Assembly: GCA_024704765.1 (NCBI GenBank)
Contig: JAKMXF010000322.1
Span: forward strand, 248,001-312,000
Reading direction: 5' to 3'
DNA: 64,000 bases
From: Oopsacas minuta
Taxonomy: Eukaryota; Animalia; Porifera
Position 1 is the stretch's first letter; the number at the start of each line of letters is the position of its first letter. The notes beneath the pieces were generated by a model. It did no database searches. It was given only the letters and a program-made list of their open reading frames with translations, and was not told the origin of the DNA. Below, piece after piece: positions 39,001 through 52,222 of this stretch. The position numbers were made by a program, and so were the translations under genes.

Positions 39001-42000
39001 AAACTTGGACGCAAGGAACTGGGCAAGGAGACTCCTACAATGAAACGGAAGGAGAGGAAGAAAAGTAGATCGAGAAGAGGATCAGAAGGAGCTATTAATT
39101 TCTCAAACTTGGATTGCTCTCCGCAGTCCCCATTAATAGGAGGAATAGCCCTTACCAGGTATGTAGGTGTATTTATATTTACGGTGGTTCACGTAATAGC
39201 AAATTTGCTTAGACTAGGAAATTCGTGTAAATACGATTTGCTAATATCGAACTCCACTGATTTAGGTAGAATTATGTCCACATAGGCCTTTCTATTATAA
39301 CTCCAAAGATTCAAAAATTCCACAATCGTTCTGACTTAACATCAATATTTAATGGTAAACAACACACAACAATATTAATAATCTTAAATATGTAAATTTA
39401 TTCACAGAGAGACACATTCCTACTGGTAAGGAACCCACGTCTTGTTGCTAATTCACTTTCACGGTTTTGAAGGCTATTTTACTGCTAGAACCCTTTATTA
39501 CACTAGCAATTAATTCATTATATCAGAATACATTTGAGTTATCAGTAATTGATGCCAATTAGGTTAATGGAAGCAAATAAGAGAGAAATCGAACAAGAAT
39601 TTTTGAGTATTTTGATTGCTTTTTTGGAAATGTCTAACTTCAAACTTATTGAGCCGCAACACGGAGATGTTTATTATTCAAAATCTTGAATAATCCATAC
39701 TTAATCTTAATCAATATTTTAAGGATTCTGCTTTATAAGGCCTTACTTGTGCATGAAGGTTTCTAAGGTACTTGAGAAGGATGTGAACTGCTCGAATGAC
39801 TGAATTTATGGCTTGGATAACTTACCTTCTCATCAGGCGTAATTGCATTCACATATTTTGCTCTTTGAAAATTCTGATACATATTTACCAACTTCTAATA
39901 CTATATACTTTCTTTCCATTGCCTAATCTCTCAGTGTCCAAATCGATAGTATTGCATGAATTACAGCAGAAAATCCAGAAGGATAGATTTCCTTATGTAC
40001 AATACCTCTAATGAAATTTAATACGGCGTGGAGGTTTGCAACATGTATATAGTGGGAAGTACACTTGTGTATTCTTTAATTATTCCTGAGTCTGTTTACA
40101 CGATACAGCTAGATTATATCGATCAGCTGACGTCTTGTCTAGCTCCTTAACTTTGGCTTACCCAAATCAAAACTGTATGAATTTTTAAATACAGTCAACT
40201 CCTGATATATGGAATACGGATATATCGAATACCCCCCGCTTATATCGAGTCCTGATTTGTACAATTAGAGACCCAAACCGTCAAAGTAACATAAATTTGA
40301 TCGGTTTTATCTAAGTAATTTTCATGGTCCTTTGAGCTTAGATATAACTGGAGTTATCTGTACTAATCTAGAATGACAGAATCTATTTTATTCTCTTTCT
40401 TGGCTTTAAAGACCATTTCTGATGGTTGTACGAAAACCTTAATAGTTACTAAATCCCGAATTCCATTAATTCAACCCAATGGGATTCAGCTGACCAACAC
40501 CTTCAAATTTCAAATTATCATTGTCTCTAAATTAGTAAATTTGCTAAATTCCCCAAACACGAGTAATTGCAATACACCATCTAGACATTTTGAATCCCTC
40601 TAAGAATCGTCCATCCAGACCATAAATGCACGGGAAATTCTGTGTTTCGTAATTTCTCTGTAAAAGAAGCAACTAAAGCCGTCTACCAATTAGAAACCAT
40701 TTTTGCTAACAAAAATGCTAATCAATTGGTAGGTATTTTTAACCTCTGCAAGCTAGTAAGATATATTTATAATCAATGATAGTGTTGCGATATATTTAAA
40801 GTTTAATCATGTGTAATGTCCTTATTCACCTTTATTTTATTGTTACATTATCACTTTGGTAGTTGAACTACAAGCTAATTATATGTAATACTAGTTACTG
40901 AACTCTGCTGGGATCTTTGCTGCGATTTTATCTCCAAGATTACTCAGACAAATTATGAACCCCCGTAACAAATTTTGATTAGTTTCACTCTTTCACCTTC
41001 GCATAAGTTTGCCTTGTTTGTTATTTTGGTTTGTCTCTAAAATTCATTGCAAAGAGACAACAAAAACAAATTACAAACATTCAGAATTTACAATTGTTCC
41101 GGCCGAGGATATTTGAAATTTTTTCCAAATTCGAGGCGATTTCTACGTAAATAAGGCTCAGCACATAAAGGCAAATTGATCTTAGACCCAACGGCGAGAG
41201 TCCTAGTAATGAAATAATACATGAAACATGTGTAATGTCTAATATATGTAAATATTAATATTTACTTATATTAAATTCACAATCTAATTACGAGTAATTA
41301 ACCCACTTAACAATCCAGCAATAAATCATCAATGGCTTTAAAATATTAATGTCTAATAGAGTAATACAATCAGATTGTTTGAAATAAAGTAAGATACTTT
41401 TGCTGACTGATTTAATAGTGTGCCGCCTCGTTATTAGAGAAATTAGACTTGAATCTGCTTCTGAAAGTGTAAATACTCCATTTGATTGGATTAGAACGAT
41501 TGCCCTCTTGTCAGATTTTGAGATTTTGCTTTGACATTTCTAAAATTACAATCCGTGCCGACAGCATAGAATAGGACTTAAATGTATTTACAGTGGCACT
41601 ATTAATTGGAGGCACTAAGTTTAAATTTATGACTTTATAGTGCCTACAACAATAGTTCCAATAAATTCAATTGATGTTGTCAGCACAGATTGTCGTTTTA
41701 TAGTTACCCAAATTTACAGTCAGTGTCAAATATCAAGTTTGTAGCTTTAACGAGTTCCCTATAAATCTTGGATAACTAAATTATCCTTTTGAGTTTACTA
41801 TACAAGAAATAGGGAAATTTATAATAGACACTGACGGAGATTAGACAAACATCTTTTCAATTAGGTAAGCTGATTCTTAAATTAATGGGCTGGTCTCTGA
41901 AAAATAATGTTTCAATCATCTTCTCGAGTAATTCAAATACAGAAGTACCAACTCTAACTGTAAAACGATTAGACTTTATTAAAATTCTTCATATGTTAAA

Positions 42001-44208
42001 CTCTAAACTTCAAAGTTTGTATCGATTTCATTAGACAAGTTTGAACATGATATACTCTTAAGAATTACACATCCATTGGAGATATCGCACCACAACCTTT
42101 ATACTTTGAGTGCCAATACACTTATACAATATAATATTCTCAATGGGGGAGGGTTTAACAGTTTATTAATTGCGATTGAGTAATACATTTGGCCTATTAA
42201 ATTACTAGCATGCTTCTATGTGTATCTAATTACATTAATGGCTGAAAATTTAATATAGTGCTCATGGAACTGTGACACAGGTGTTAACAGTTCAAATATC
42301 ACTTACAAGTTACGCAATTTGAATAGTTTGTATGTTCTAATGTTTGTATGGTGCAAAGTTTATAGTTGATTCAATAATTTCGATCATTTTTTCAGCTACA
42401 TAAGTGTAGATATTCAATTTAATGAACCATGGAAATGCACCTACACGCGAGAATAGTTTGTAGTGAAGTATGTACAGTCAACTCCTATTATATAGAATAC
42501 GTACACATCGAAGTACCCGCTTATATAGAGGTCTGAAATTGTACAAACATGGTCCCAAACTGTCAAAGAAACACACCTTTCATCGGTTATGTCGAACTCT
42601 GCTTAAATCAAAGTAATTTTCGCGGTCTCTCTTGAGCTTCGATATAACTGGAGTTGACTGTATTTATATTATATTACTATGGATAAATTGCCAATTTTGT
42701 CGTTGCAAATATTTGAAAATTGTCTCTTCTCTCAGGACGAATTCAAGTGATGTATATTCTGGAGATTCACAAGCTAGTACCCCTATGACGTCACCGATTA
42801 TGAAACAGAGGTCTGGTTCATTCGGGAATATGTTGAGTCCACACAGTCCGAGGTTAGGCACACCCTTTGCAACGACAACTAGCACATGGAATCCAAGTCC
42901 TCATAACGAAGTGAATTATGGTCCTACCAGTCCCAAATGTAGACTCAGGAGTAATTCACATCCAGCTGAAAGTACGCTTATTCACACTATAAGTCCTAAT
43001 GTAAGGAAGAGCAGTGAGAGGTATGTGTGATGAGCCATTCATAAAAGAAACTTCATTTGAGGCCCCAACAATTGTTTCGGGTGTACACATGTTTTTGTAA
43101 TTTTCACAAGTAGTTTTTACGAAAGTTTGGCAGATTTACTCATCATTTTGTGTGGCCAAGGCCTCCCCCGGAACCACTCTCATGGCTGAGGCTCTTAATT
43201 ATTTATCAAATTAATATCTCAAACTTTGCATTGTAAGATCCCAGTCGATAATATATTATATACTTTTCCTCCAGTAGGCCTAACTGTGCTCATTCTCTGG
43301 GATACACCAACCCAGACACTATCAGTGACATATCCCACTGCAGTGCTAACATACAAGCACCATGGACTTCACCACTCAACTCTCCTCTCCCACTAACACC
43401 ACATCAAATTGGACTGATACCTGATCAAAGAGGTAGATCATCTTCCCTTACTATGAACCTTTCCCCACCCTATGTCGATATCAACGAAGCTGTAAAGCCA
43501 GCTTATTACCATCCACCTGTTGTACCGCGAGAGCGTGCGCGTTCGTTCACCACCACACACCACTCAGTTCATTACGAACCAATGCAAGCATACCAAGAGC
43601 CTACGCAGGAATTACACAATCCATTCCTGCATAGTGTCACCCATCAACACCAGCAGTTGCAACCTCCAGCTTATAGCGAGTATAAACGTATGAGTGTGCT
43701 TCACACGTTCTCAGATCCTTACGGGAGACGAAGTACTTGCAATTCTACTGTTGTTCAGCAGCATAAAACTCCACCACTGAGTGCTGGGCCTTTACAGTCA
43801 CAATATCTAAGACCAAAAACTTTTTTCTCTGAATACGAAATCGAGCATAAAATTTTGGACACGCAGCACCCTAGAGTGCAAGATTTAAAAAGGGAGAGCG
43901 TTGGTGAACTCCCAACTTCTAGCTCCCCTTCCTGCTTCCAACTGAACTCTTGTCAAGGCCAACATTTTGAGAGAAGTTACTCACAACCACAACAACAAAC
44001 AAATTGCCCAACAGTCAAAGAAGAACACTCGTTTTTCATAAAAAGCTCATCTTGTCAACACGCAGCTGCCGATAATAGATTCCAAGTGCAACAATTTGAT
44101 TTGAATAGTCTACAGCCAACTTTGCTAGGCGACCAGGTCAGCATAAATGCGATTGAAAAAGACGTAAACTTCGAAATGCTGGACAATCAATTGCGTATTC
44201 AAACTTAA
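36010..44208 (+). CDS. FOXO: Forkhead box O transcription factor, about 690 aa
   Basis: Exons 36010-36339, 36730-36939, 38845-39158, 42736-43020, 43278-44208. N-terminal RRRSSTWP. Forkhead domain [35 protein letters not shown]...SGWK|[26 protein letters not shown]. Confidence 0.93.
36996..37115. mobile_element. MITE family 1 degenerate copy (FoxO intron 2)
   Basis: TAGTCAACTCCTG...TACAAATATGGTCCAAATCGTCAAA...CACGGACCCTTAAGCTTCGA. Confidence 0.65.
40192..40360. mobile_element. MITE family 1 copy (FoxO intron 3)
   Basis: TA-CAGTCAACTCC...GGAGTTATCTG-TA, with the shared core CCCAAACCGTCAAAGTAAC. Confidence 0.8.
42475..42660. mobile_element. MITE family 1 (Tc1/mariner-pogo-like), full-length copy in FoxO intron 3
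   Basis: Perfect terminal inverted repeats CAGTCAACTCC...GGAGTTGACTG, flanked by TA on both sides; no ORF. Confidence 0.85.
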
Positions 44209-45731
44209 ATAAGCTATCCTATAGATTTATGCTATTTGAACGCAAAATTCACTTAACCAAGCTGGATTTTAATAATATAGTTCAAATCGATAGAAATTTT
44301 ACAGAACAATCTTGTTTTTGCTGATTTGTTTTATTGTGTAAATATCGCCTAGTGAAAATGGCGTTTCTACGATAAATTATAATCCCTGTGTCCTGCAATT
44401 ACAGAGCTAAGTTATTAATATGCTACATGTATGTATGAGCTAATGCAGCAATACTTGCTAATGAATAATATGCTATAATTATTCTTGTTTATTTTTTGGG
44501 ATTATTTATTCGTGTGTTAATTGTGGCATATTTGAGGAAAACCCTGAACGCTACTGTCAGCCGATGTCAGCCGCATAATTGCATAACTAGAGGTTGCTAC
44601 GCTTATAGATGCCAAATTTGGTGTGTGTGTATACCAAGTCACCCATTGTATTACTGAGCCACTATCCAAATGTATAGTCGGCAGAGTAAAAAGCAATCTC
44701 AAGTGTTCTAAACTTATTATCTACTGTATTCGTGTGAAAAGAAGAAAACTGTGAATGTGTGGTTCTACCAGTTAAGATGCTAGTTAAGAATATTAGAGAA
44801 TATCTTTCTATATATTTTAAATGGTGTATCCACTGTACAATTGGTATTTGTGCTAAATTTCAAAGTTTAATTAACATCTCCAACTTTCGCATTCATGACA
44901 CTATTTCTGCGAATATTGACATAGGATCTGTAATCTGGATAGGATTCCCAATTAATATTTACAAATATAAACCAAACACGTCCGAGAGTATACAACTTAG
45001 AATATCTACATAAGATCTCTAACATATTCAATGGATGCAATAAACAAGAATGAGGCCCAATCAATTTGCAGGAAGAAAGCAATGATAATTATAGGCACAA
45101 TTGTGTCTATAAATTCCCTGAAAACTTCCATATTTGTTTTCCTCTGCGATAGTCTTATCATCTGTTACTTTATAGGATTTATTGTATGCACACTGTCGTA
45201 ACTACAACACTCCTAAGTATTTGGTTGCATAGTAGTGTATTTACAGGTAGCATGCGTTTGTAGGACTCATGGAAAACACGCCCTTCTCAAAATTCCCGGA
45301 TCCGCCCCTGCGGTATAGCTACATTTGTGTATTGCTATATGATCCCCAAAATATTGCGATCATATACACAAATATGCTATAACCTATTGAACTATCTTGT
45401 ATCATTTTAATTGATTTAAATAATATATAATTCGCATATGAATTAACCAACAAATATGGAATTTCCAATTAATTATACTTCCTACAATCGCTAATCTCTT
45501 TTTAACCAATCTCTACTCGGAAAATTAATAGAGAACACACGTATGGATACATCCGTATCAGTAATCTACGTAAATAGAACAGTTCAGCATTTATAATTAT
45601 ATCTAAGAGTCTTTAAATCATTTTCATTGAATATTCAGGTATTGCTTATAAACTCGGTTTAGTAATAATATTATTGTGCAATAAATCGATGAGATATAAA
45701 TACTAGAGGATTGACTTTCAAAGTAGTAAAA

Positions 45732-46725
45732 ATGAGCAACGTTGAAGTAGAACGAGAAAATAGCCCAGCGAGAACTACTGAAGAAGGAGCGAGTGACGAA
45801 CCTCTGGTAGAGCCTGGAATAACCCAGGATACGAGTCAAGAAAATGAAGACGGTGGAAGGAGAAGAAATTACGTTTCATTAGTATTTGCATTGCTATCGG
45901 TTGTGTTAGTGCTAGGAGCTATTGCTATACCAAATTGGACAAAATTGGTCTCTACAACAGATGGAATATATATTGGAGAATATGGCCTATTCCTTGTTAA
46001 GTTGTTGAAAGTTGGAGAAGATAATGAGACAACTGTTGTATACCAAAATCGTAAGTTATCTTTTCGCTTTGTATTTAAGACCCAGCATAGTGTCTTAATG
46101 GTCGAACGAATTGTCCTGGGGTATAACCTTGCGGGAAGAGGGCACTTTGAACATACACAGTTTTGCAATTTTGAGCATATAAAACTGACTTATAGTTTTC
46201 GAGATATGACCATGCAAAAGTGGCACAAGCAATTGCATATATCAAACATTGCTATTCAATGGCTAAAATTGCAAATCATCCATTAATACTGATAGAATAA
46301 TTCAATTTTCATATATGTTATCTCCTTTAGTTTTTGAGTTTTACAATCCAGGAGAGCTAAGCCTTATCGTATGTATCGTAATAATACTACTATTCAACAT
46401 GGCACTGACTGTATCAGGCGTAATAGTGAGTCTAGGCTGTTGTCCAGCGTATTTAAACTTCTTAGCTTCATTTTCCGTTTTCAACATATTCGCCTGTGTT
46501 AACTACCTTGCTATAATGGGTCTATGGCTTTGGGTGACGGATCGAATCCCCTATCATAATACAGATGACCCTATAAGGAAAATATATACTGATGTATATG
46601 TAGAATTTGACTACGGCTATTATCTAATAATACTATGTACAGCACTGTTGACTATTGCAGCTGTGTTCAATATTCTGGATATGCGATTATTCAAAAATGG
46701 ATGCTTCAGAAAGAAATATAGGTAA
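45732..46725 (+). CDS. Claudin/PMP22-superfamily tetraspan membrane protein
   Basis: Exons 45732-46050 and 46331-46725. Four hydrophobic helices, W...GLF in loop 1 (PNW...YGLF) and FDYGYYL before TM4. The 3' end may instead splice at the donor at 46722. Confidence 0.65.
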
Positions 46726-46779
46726 GTTTTGTTGATATGTTTGTTTATATAACTAGCAGTAGTTATATTTAGAAATATA

Positions 46780-46928
46780 CAGACAACTTCCGTAATATCG
46801 TGCACAGATATATCAAAGTCTGAAATTCAACAAAAATGGTCCCAAACTGTCAAAGTTACATAAATTTATCAGTCATATCGAAGTAATTATCGCGGTCCTT
46901 TGAGCTTCGATATAACGGGGAGTTGAAA
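46780..46928. mobile_element. MITE family 1 copy between the claudin-like gene and CUEDC1
   Basis: TA-CAGACAACTTCC...ATGGTCCCAAACTGTCAAAG...GCTTCGATATAACGGGGAGTTG. Confidence 0.7.
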
Positions 46929-47185
46929 TATTGTATTTGTATAACTATGAATAAACCCAAGTTGTAGTTGCATATTGACACCCCTAGGAGCACAAAACGC
47001 CCCAAATATGCGAACTAAATAAGTGTGACTCAATATATTATGTATTAACACATATTTATGGGAATGTATAGGGAAAAACATGAATAAAAATGTAAAAAGT
47101 ATTGTAAAGCAAAAGAAGGAAGAATTAGTGTTAATTTGATAAATAAAATATTTTACTCAAACAACTTATTCGTATATTAAACTAC

Positions 47186-48280
47186 CTAAGTATATTGTTG
47201 AAAAGTATTTTTTGGCAGTTTTTTCGCGAGTTTGGTTAATTTTTTCTTCGTTGCTTTATCCATTCGTTTCAGCGTGCCTTGAGAATGGAATTGAGATGAG
47301 TCCATGTTCGCGGCTTGTCTTACCTCGCTATATAATTGCTGATTCTGCTTAACTCGCTGTAGAAATTCCACATTTTGTAAATAATGAGCTATTTTATAAT
47401 CTTCAAAAACTTGATTTTCAGTCTCGTCCGGGTCAATGGGTACATCTAGCTCTTCAAGTTTGAGTGGTAATCGAAAAGGAGAGATACGGCCCTCTCTGGT
47501 ACGAGAAATCTCATCGTTTGGCCCTGTGGAGAACTGAGCAATAGGCGTGTCCGGAAAAGATTTTGCACGAACTGGGGCTGAAATTCGTACACGCAGGAAA
47601 TCATTAGGTAACGGACCGATTAATACAGTTTTACCGTTAACATTAAGCCGATTTGTTTCCCCCTTCTTCCATTTAGTGAGATAATCCTTAGGAGGTGAAA
47701 TCGGTGCTTCCGGTCGCAATATACCCACACTCGTGTTAAACCGTTTTAATTCTGGATGCTGCCCTAATCTCGGTTTCTCTTGGGTCTGATTTTTCGTGAA
47801 TACAGGTAACGAAGCGTTTATATCAACAGATTTTTCTGCAGGGAAATAGTATGCATCTAGATCATCATAACACGGCGGTAATTCAAATGAATCTACACCA
47901 GGAACTGTTGGGGGAGATACAGTATCCATACTGGATGGATTAGTTAACTGAAATAAGTCATGTGTAGCAGCTTCTATATTACCTCGTTTCTGTCTTAATA
48001 TGTCCATTATAACTGGGCTATCTATGTCAGGGAATAACTGTGATAAATGTGTGAGTCTATCGTCAATGCCCATAGGTTGAGCATATTCAACACGTATTTC
48101 ACTTGAAGTTGGTGGTGACGTCATGAATCTTTCACGCGCTGGAGGTGGTGGTCTACGTTGTTTGTTTTGTTGTTGTGCCTTGTTCACAACACGATGAGCA
48201 TTTGTTTTTTTCTGTGCAGCAGTTGATCTTTGTGGTTGCTGTTCATTATTTTGATGTTTATTACTCAATAAAGGATTCAT
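47186..48280 (-). CDS. CUEDC1: CUE domain-containing protein 1-like
   Basis: CUE domain LSQLFPDIDSPVIMDILRQKRGNIEAATHDLFQL, plus CUEDC1-type blocks LIGPLPNDFLRV, EDYKIAHYLQNVEF and LKRMDKATKKKLTKLAK. Single 364-aa ORF. Confidence 0.82.
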   Translation of the reverse strand: MNPLLSNKHQNNEQQPQRSTAAQKKTNAHRVVNKAQQQNKQRRPPPPARERFMTSPPTSSEIRVEYAQPMGIDDRLTHLSQLFPDIDSPVIMDILRQKRGNIEAATHDLFQLTNPSSMDTVSPPTVPGVDSFELPPCYDDLDAYYFPAEKSVDINASLPVFTKNQTQEKPRLGQHPELKRFNTSVGILRPEAPISPPKDYLTKWKKGETNRLNVNGKTVLIGPLPNDFLRVRISAPVRAKSFPDTPIAQFSTGPNDEISRTREGRISPFRLPLKLEELDVPIDPDETENQVFEDYKIAHYLQNVEFLQRVKQNQQLYSEVRQAANMDSSQFHSQGTLKRMDKATKKKLTKLAKKLPKNTFQQYT

Positions 48281-48412
48281 TCTATAAAGTTAGCTCTAAA
48301 CAGTAGATTATTGATCAAATATGCAAAAATGGTCATTCAGAAGTTACGTGACGTAACCAAGGGGAGGTATAGACAATGTATAACAGCCCTATTTATATAA
48401 TATCACTAATTA

Positions 48413-48530
48413 CAGTAAACTCCTGTCATAACCAATTAGGATATAACGAAACTCCCTTCCGACGAAGTAATTCTTTACTCCGCTTATAATGAAATGAAAC
48501 TGGGGTCTTCGTTGTAACGAGAGTTTATTT
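48413..48530. mobile_element. Related TA-flanked MITE (CAGTAAACTC termini)
   Basis: TA-CAGTAAACTCCTGTCATAAC...GTTGTAACGAGAGTTTATT inverted ends. Confidence 0.5.
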
Positions 48531-49730
48531 TAATGGAAGCTCAACTTCATCCTACGTTAATGTCTATTAATATATTAAACTATAATGCTAAATTCTCTAC
48601 GCTGCAAGCTCATCATTTGATGCATTACATTGACGAAAACAGACCTAAGATAGTATCTACAATACTATTACGTAAATAGACATTAATTTAACCTTAGCTA
48701 GAGTTTTATATATGAGAGCAATGCATACAATAATATAATACGGATAGAAGCTGGCAATGTATTATATTTCCTATTCAACAAACAGTAATTAATAAGACTT
48801 TGTTACTCAACAGCAACTTCTCATATTCAGGTGTAAAGTTGTTGAGGGCTTCATCAGTTGACCGCCAGGGGTTTCAATGACCAATTATCTTCATGACAAT
48901 GAGATATCTTTTTTAAGGAGTAGAAATGTGTATTCAAAATACTAATCAGCATTTTAAAATATTTATTGTGTAGTTCAGCGGTTCCCAACCTTTTTAACCA
49001 TGGACCCCCTCCCATAGACTGCAATACAAATTTTATGATCATGTGGACGTCCGTGAACCATCAAGGGATCCATAAATCATCAAAGTAGGACATATATCAT
49101 TAAATACTCCATTGATATTCATAAATATTTTGAGATAGTAAACTTGTATTGAGCCTTTGTTGAATATTACAATCTCTTTATAGTGCATCAAGTACAGTAA
49201 TAATGAACCCTCTAATTACAAGACAAATCATAGGACGTATCATGGCACCATTACCGTTAGAACCTCCCGAATATAGAGAAGAGATTACTCCTCAGACAAG
49301 CCCTCCTCACTTTAATAACGGGAACACTTCCTTTATTGTATAAAATTAGAGTTTCTAAAATTTCAATGTAATTTATGCATGTATGCAATTATTGTATAAT
49401 TTGTTCATTTTAAATAATTGTAAATAATAAATAACAAAATTTGTTGATTTTTATGTAACAAATTCCATTCACTTAGAAATAATTGAAAATACGTTTTATT
49501 CAGTTTTACATTTCGTGAAATATTTGAGAGATCATTTTACTTATTAGGATTCATTGCAAGACAAATATGGAGATAGATACGACCCCATTTTCAAAACATA
49601 ATGGGGGAACGCAATGTATTATTGTATAACAAAACGGAGGTTCAGAGAATTGTAGTCAAGAATCATTAGATCAGACATATGCTTGGGTCCTCATAACCTC
49701 ACAGCAAAAAGCCATTAGCTAGCTTAGTAA

Positions 49731-50730
49731 NNNNNNNNNNNNNNNNNNNNNNNNNNNNNNNNNNNNNNNNNNNNNNNNNNNNNNNNNNNNNNNNNNNNNN
49801 NNNNNNNNNNNNNNNNNNNNNNNNNNNNNNNNNNNNNNNNNNNNNNNNNNNNNNNNNNNNNNNNNNNNNNNNNNNNNNNNNNNNNNNNNNNNNNNNNNNN
49901 NNNNNNNNNNNNNNNNNNNNNNNNNNNNNNNNNNNNNNNNNNNNNNNNNNNNNNNNNNNNNNNNNNNNNNNNNNNNNNNNNNNNNNNNNNNNNNNNNNNN
50001 NNNNNNNNNNNNNNNNNNNNNNNNNNNNNNNNNNNNNNNNNNNNNNNNNNNNNNNNNNNNNNNNNNNNNNNNNNNNNNNNNNNNNNNNNNNNNNNNNNNN
50101 NNNNNNNNNNNNNNNNNNNNNNNNNNNNNNNNNNNNNNNNNNNNNNNNNNNNNNNNNNNNNNNNNNNNNNNNNNNNNNNNNNNNNNNNNNNNNNNNNNNN
50201 NNNNNNNNNNNNNNNNNNNNNNNNNNNNNNNNNNNNNNNNNNNNNNNNNNNNNNNNNNNNNNNNNNNNNNNNNNNNNNNNNNNNNNNNNNNNNNNNNNNN
50301 NNNNNNNNNNNNNNNNNNNNNNNNNNNNNNNNNNNNNNNNNNNNNNNNNNNNNNNNNNNNNNNNNNNNNNNNNNNNNNNNNNNNNNNNNNNNNNNNNNNN
50401 NNNNNNNNNNNNNNNNNNNNNNNNNNNNNNNNNNNNNNNNNNNNNNNNNNNNNNNNNNNNNNNNNNNNNNNNNNNNNNNNNNNNNNNNNNNNNNNNNNNN
50501 NNNNNNNNNNNNNNNNNNNNNNNNNNNNNNNNNNNNNNNNNNNNNNNNNNNNNNNNNNNNNNNNNNNNNNNNNNNNNNNNNNNNNNNNNNNNNNNNNNNN
50601 NNNNNNNNNNNNNNNNNNNNNNNNNNNNNNNNNNNNNNNNNNNNNNNNNNNNNNNNNNNNNNNNNNNNNNNNNNNNNNNNNNNNNNNNNNNNNNNNNNNN
50701 NNNNNNNNNNNNNNNNNNNNNNNNNNNNNN
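49731..50730. other. Assembly gap (1,000 N)
   Basis: Run of N. Confidence 1.
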
Positions 50731-51208
50731 GCCATTTGTTTGTTGTTCTGTTTATGATTATTCTCATTTACAGACTGTATTTATACAAATTCATACATTC
50801 ATTATTCAGGTGTTAAGTGATGAACTAGAAAGTTACAACTAATCACATTTCCTTAAACTCTACCACGAGACTATTGTCTCACAGAATTAGGGATGTGTTA
50901 GGTCAGATAGCTTTCAATATGTAAATTAGTTCCAGTTATAACATGCCACATTCCTTGTATAGAATTAGTTGCTATGCTGTATTAGCTATTAGTTCCAATT
51001 TGTGGGGGATTAATACTTAATGTAATATTATCTAGCCAACTGAATTCAATTGATTTGGTAACTGATACTATAAATAGAATAAGGCCCAGTTAATGAGAAG
51101 TCTGTTGCAAAAAAGAGCATATATGTTGAATAGAATTACTTGTATGCAAATTGCACGAGAATGTCATATAATATAATTAGTAGTTAGTGCAGTCATTTAT
51201 CGGGGGAG

Positions 51209-51285
51209 CAGAGGCGTAGCTAGCTTTTCCTTTGGGGTTGCTGACAATGACCCCGGGGTTGCCAGCAACCCTAGCTACGCATATG
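51209..51285. mobile_element. Small MITE-like inverted-repeat element
   Basis: CAGAGGCGTAGCTAG...CTAGCTACGCATATG, with a 10-bp perfect inverted core. Confidence 0.5.
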
Positions 51286-51789
51286 CTGGGGAGGTCTTTG
51301 TCCTCCACCCCTTGCCAAAACGTCTGGATGAAACACTGGCAGTATAGGAGGATACCCATATTTATAAGAACCTCTGTTATGTTTTATTCAAATAAGAACT
51401 AACGCTATGAATTGGATTATTGTTAGTCCATAAATTATAATACAGCAAGCCATTACGTATAATAATCACTAGAGGATGCCAGATTTTCTATTCTATTTAT
51501 CAGCTACAATACAGTGATTTTGTGATTTAAGCTGATCTATCCCATTACATAAGAAATAGTGACAAGTGTTTGTTGTTATTTTAATTGTATTTATCTTTGT
51601 TACAACAATTTATATATTGTAAATAATAGCAAGAATATATTCATATCTTTGTGGTAGTCCCTCAGGGCTTCAGCCTAGTGTCTTGGGGCTGTGAGTGCAC
51701 TTGGGACAACTCCGTACCTTTCCCCACCACTACCCGAACTGTAGAGTTCGCATAACGTATCAATTGAGCCGGCCGGACTCAAAGTAAAA

Positions 51790-51862
51790 GATTGAAGATT
51801 GAAGATTGAAGATTAAAGATTGAAGATTGAAGAATTAAAGATTGAAGAATTGAAGATTGAAG
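51790..51862 (+). repeat. (GAAGATT)n-type tandem repeat
   Basis: About 10 degenerate copies of TTGAAGA. Confidence 0.85.
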
Positions 51863-52154
51863 CGATGAACAACGACAATGACCAGTACCGGGAGAGCTCC
51901 CCCACCCCAAACCGAAATCGGCCCCTTGACTCATTGATCACAGCCTCTCCAAGCTGATCACAACTAATCAAGAGTTTGAAAACAGTTATAGAGCAAGAGA
52001 CAGCACTAGACACGCGTTGGATCTGTACATCACCAGAGCACCAGATCACCAGCAGAAGAAAAAGAATTGAAGAGATGAACACCAGATCACCAGCAGAAGA
52101 AAAGAAACGAAGAAAAGAAGAAGCACCACGACAAAGAAGAAAGAAGAAGCCACG

Positions 52155-52222
52155 AAACGACGAAACGACGAAACAACGAAACGACGAAACAACGAAACGG
52201 CGAACAACGAAACGACGAAACG
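52155..52222 (+). repeat. (AACGAAACG/ACGACGAA)n low-complexity tandem repeat
   Basis: Repeated ACGAA/ACGAC units. Confidence 0.8.

Noticed and set aside
49719-50767. Two long minus-strand ORFs of X
   Set aside because: Artefacts of the N gap.
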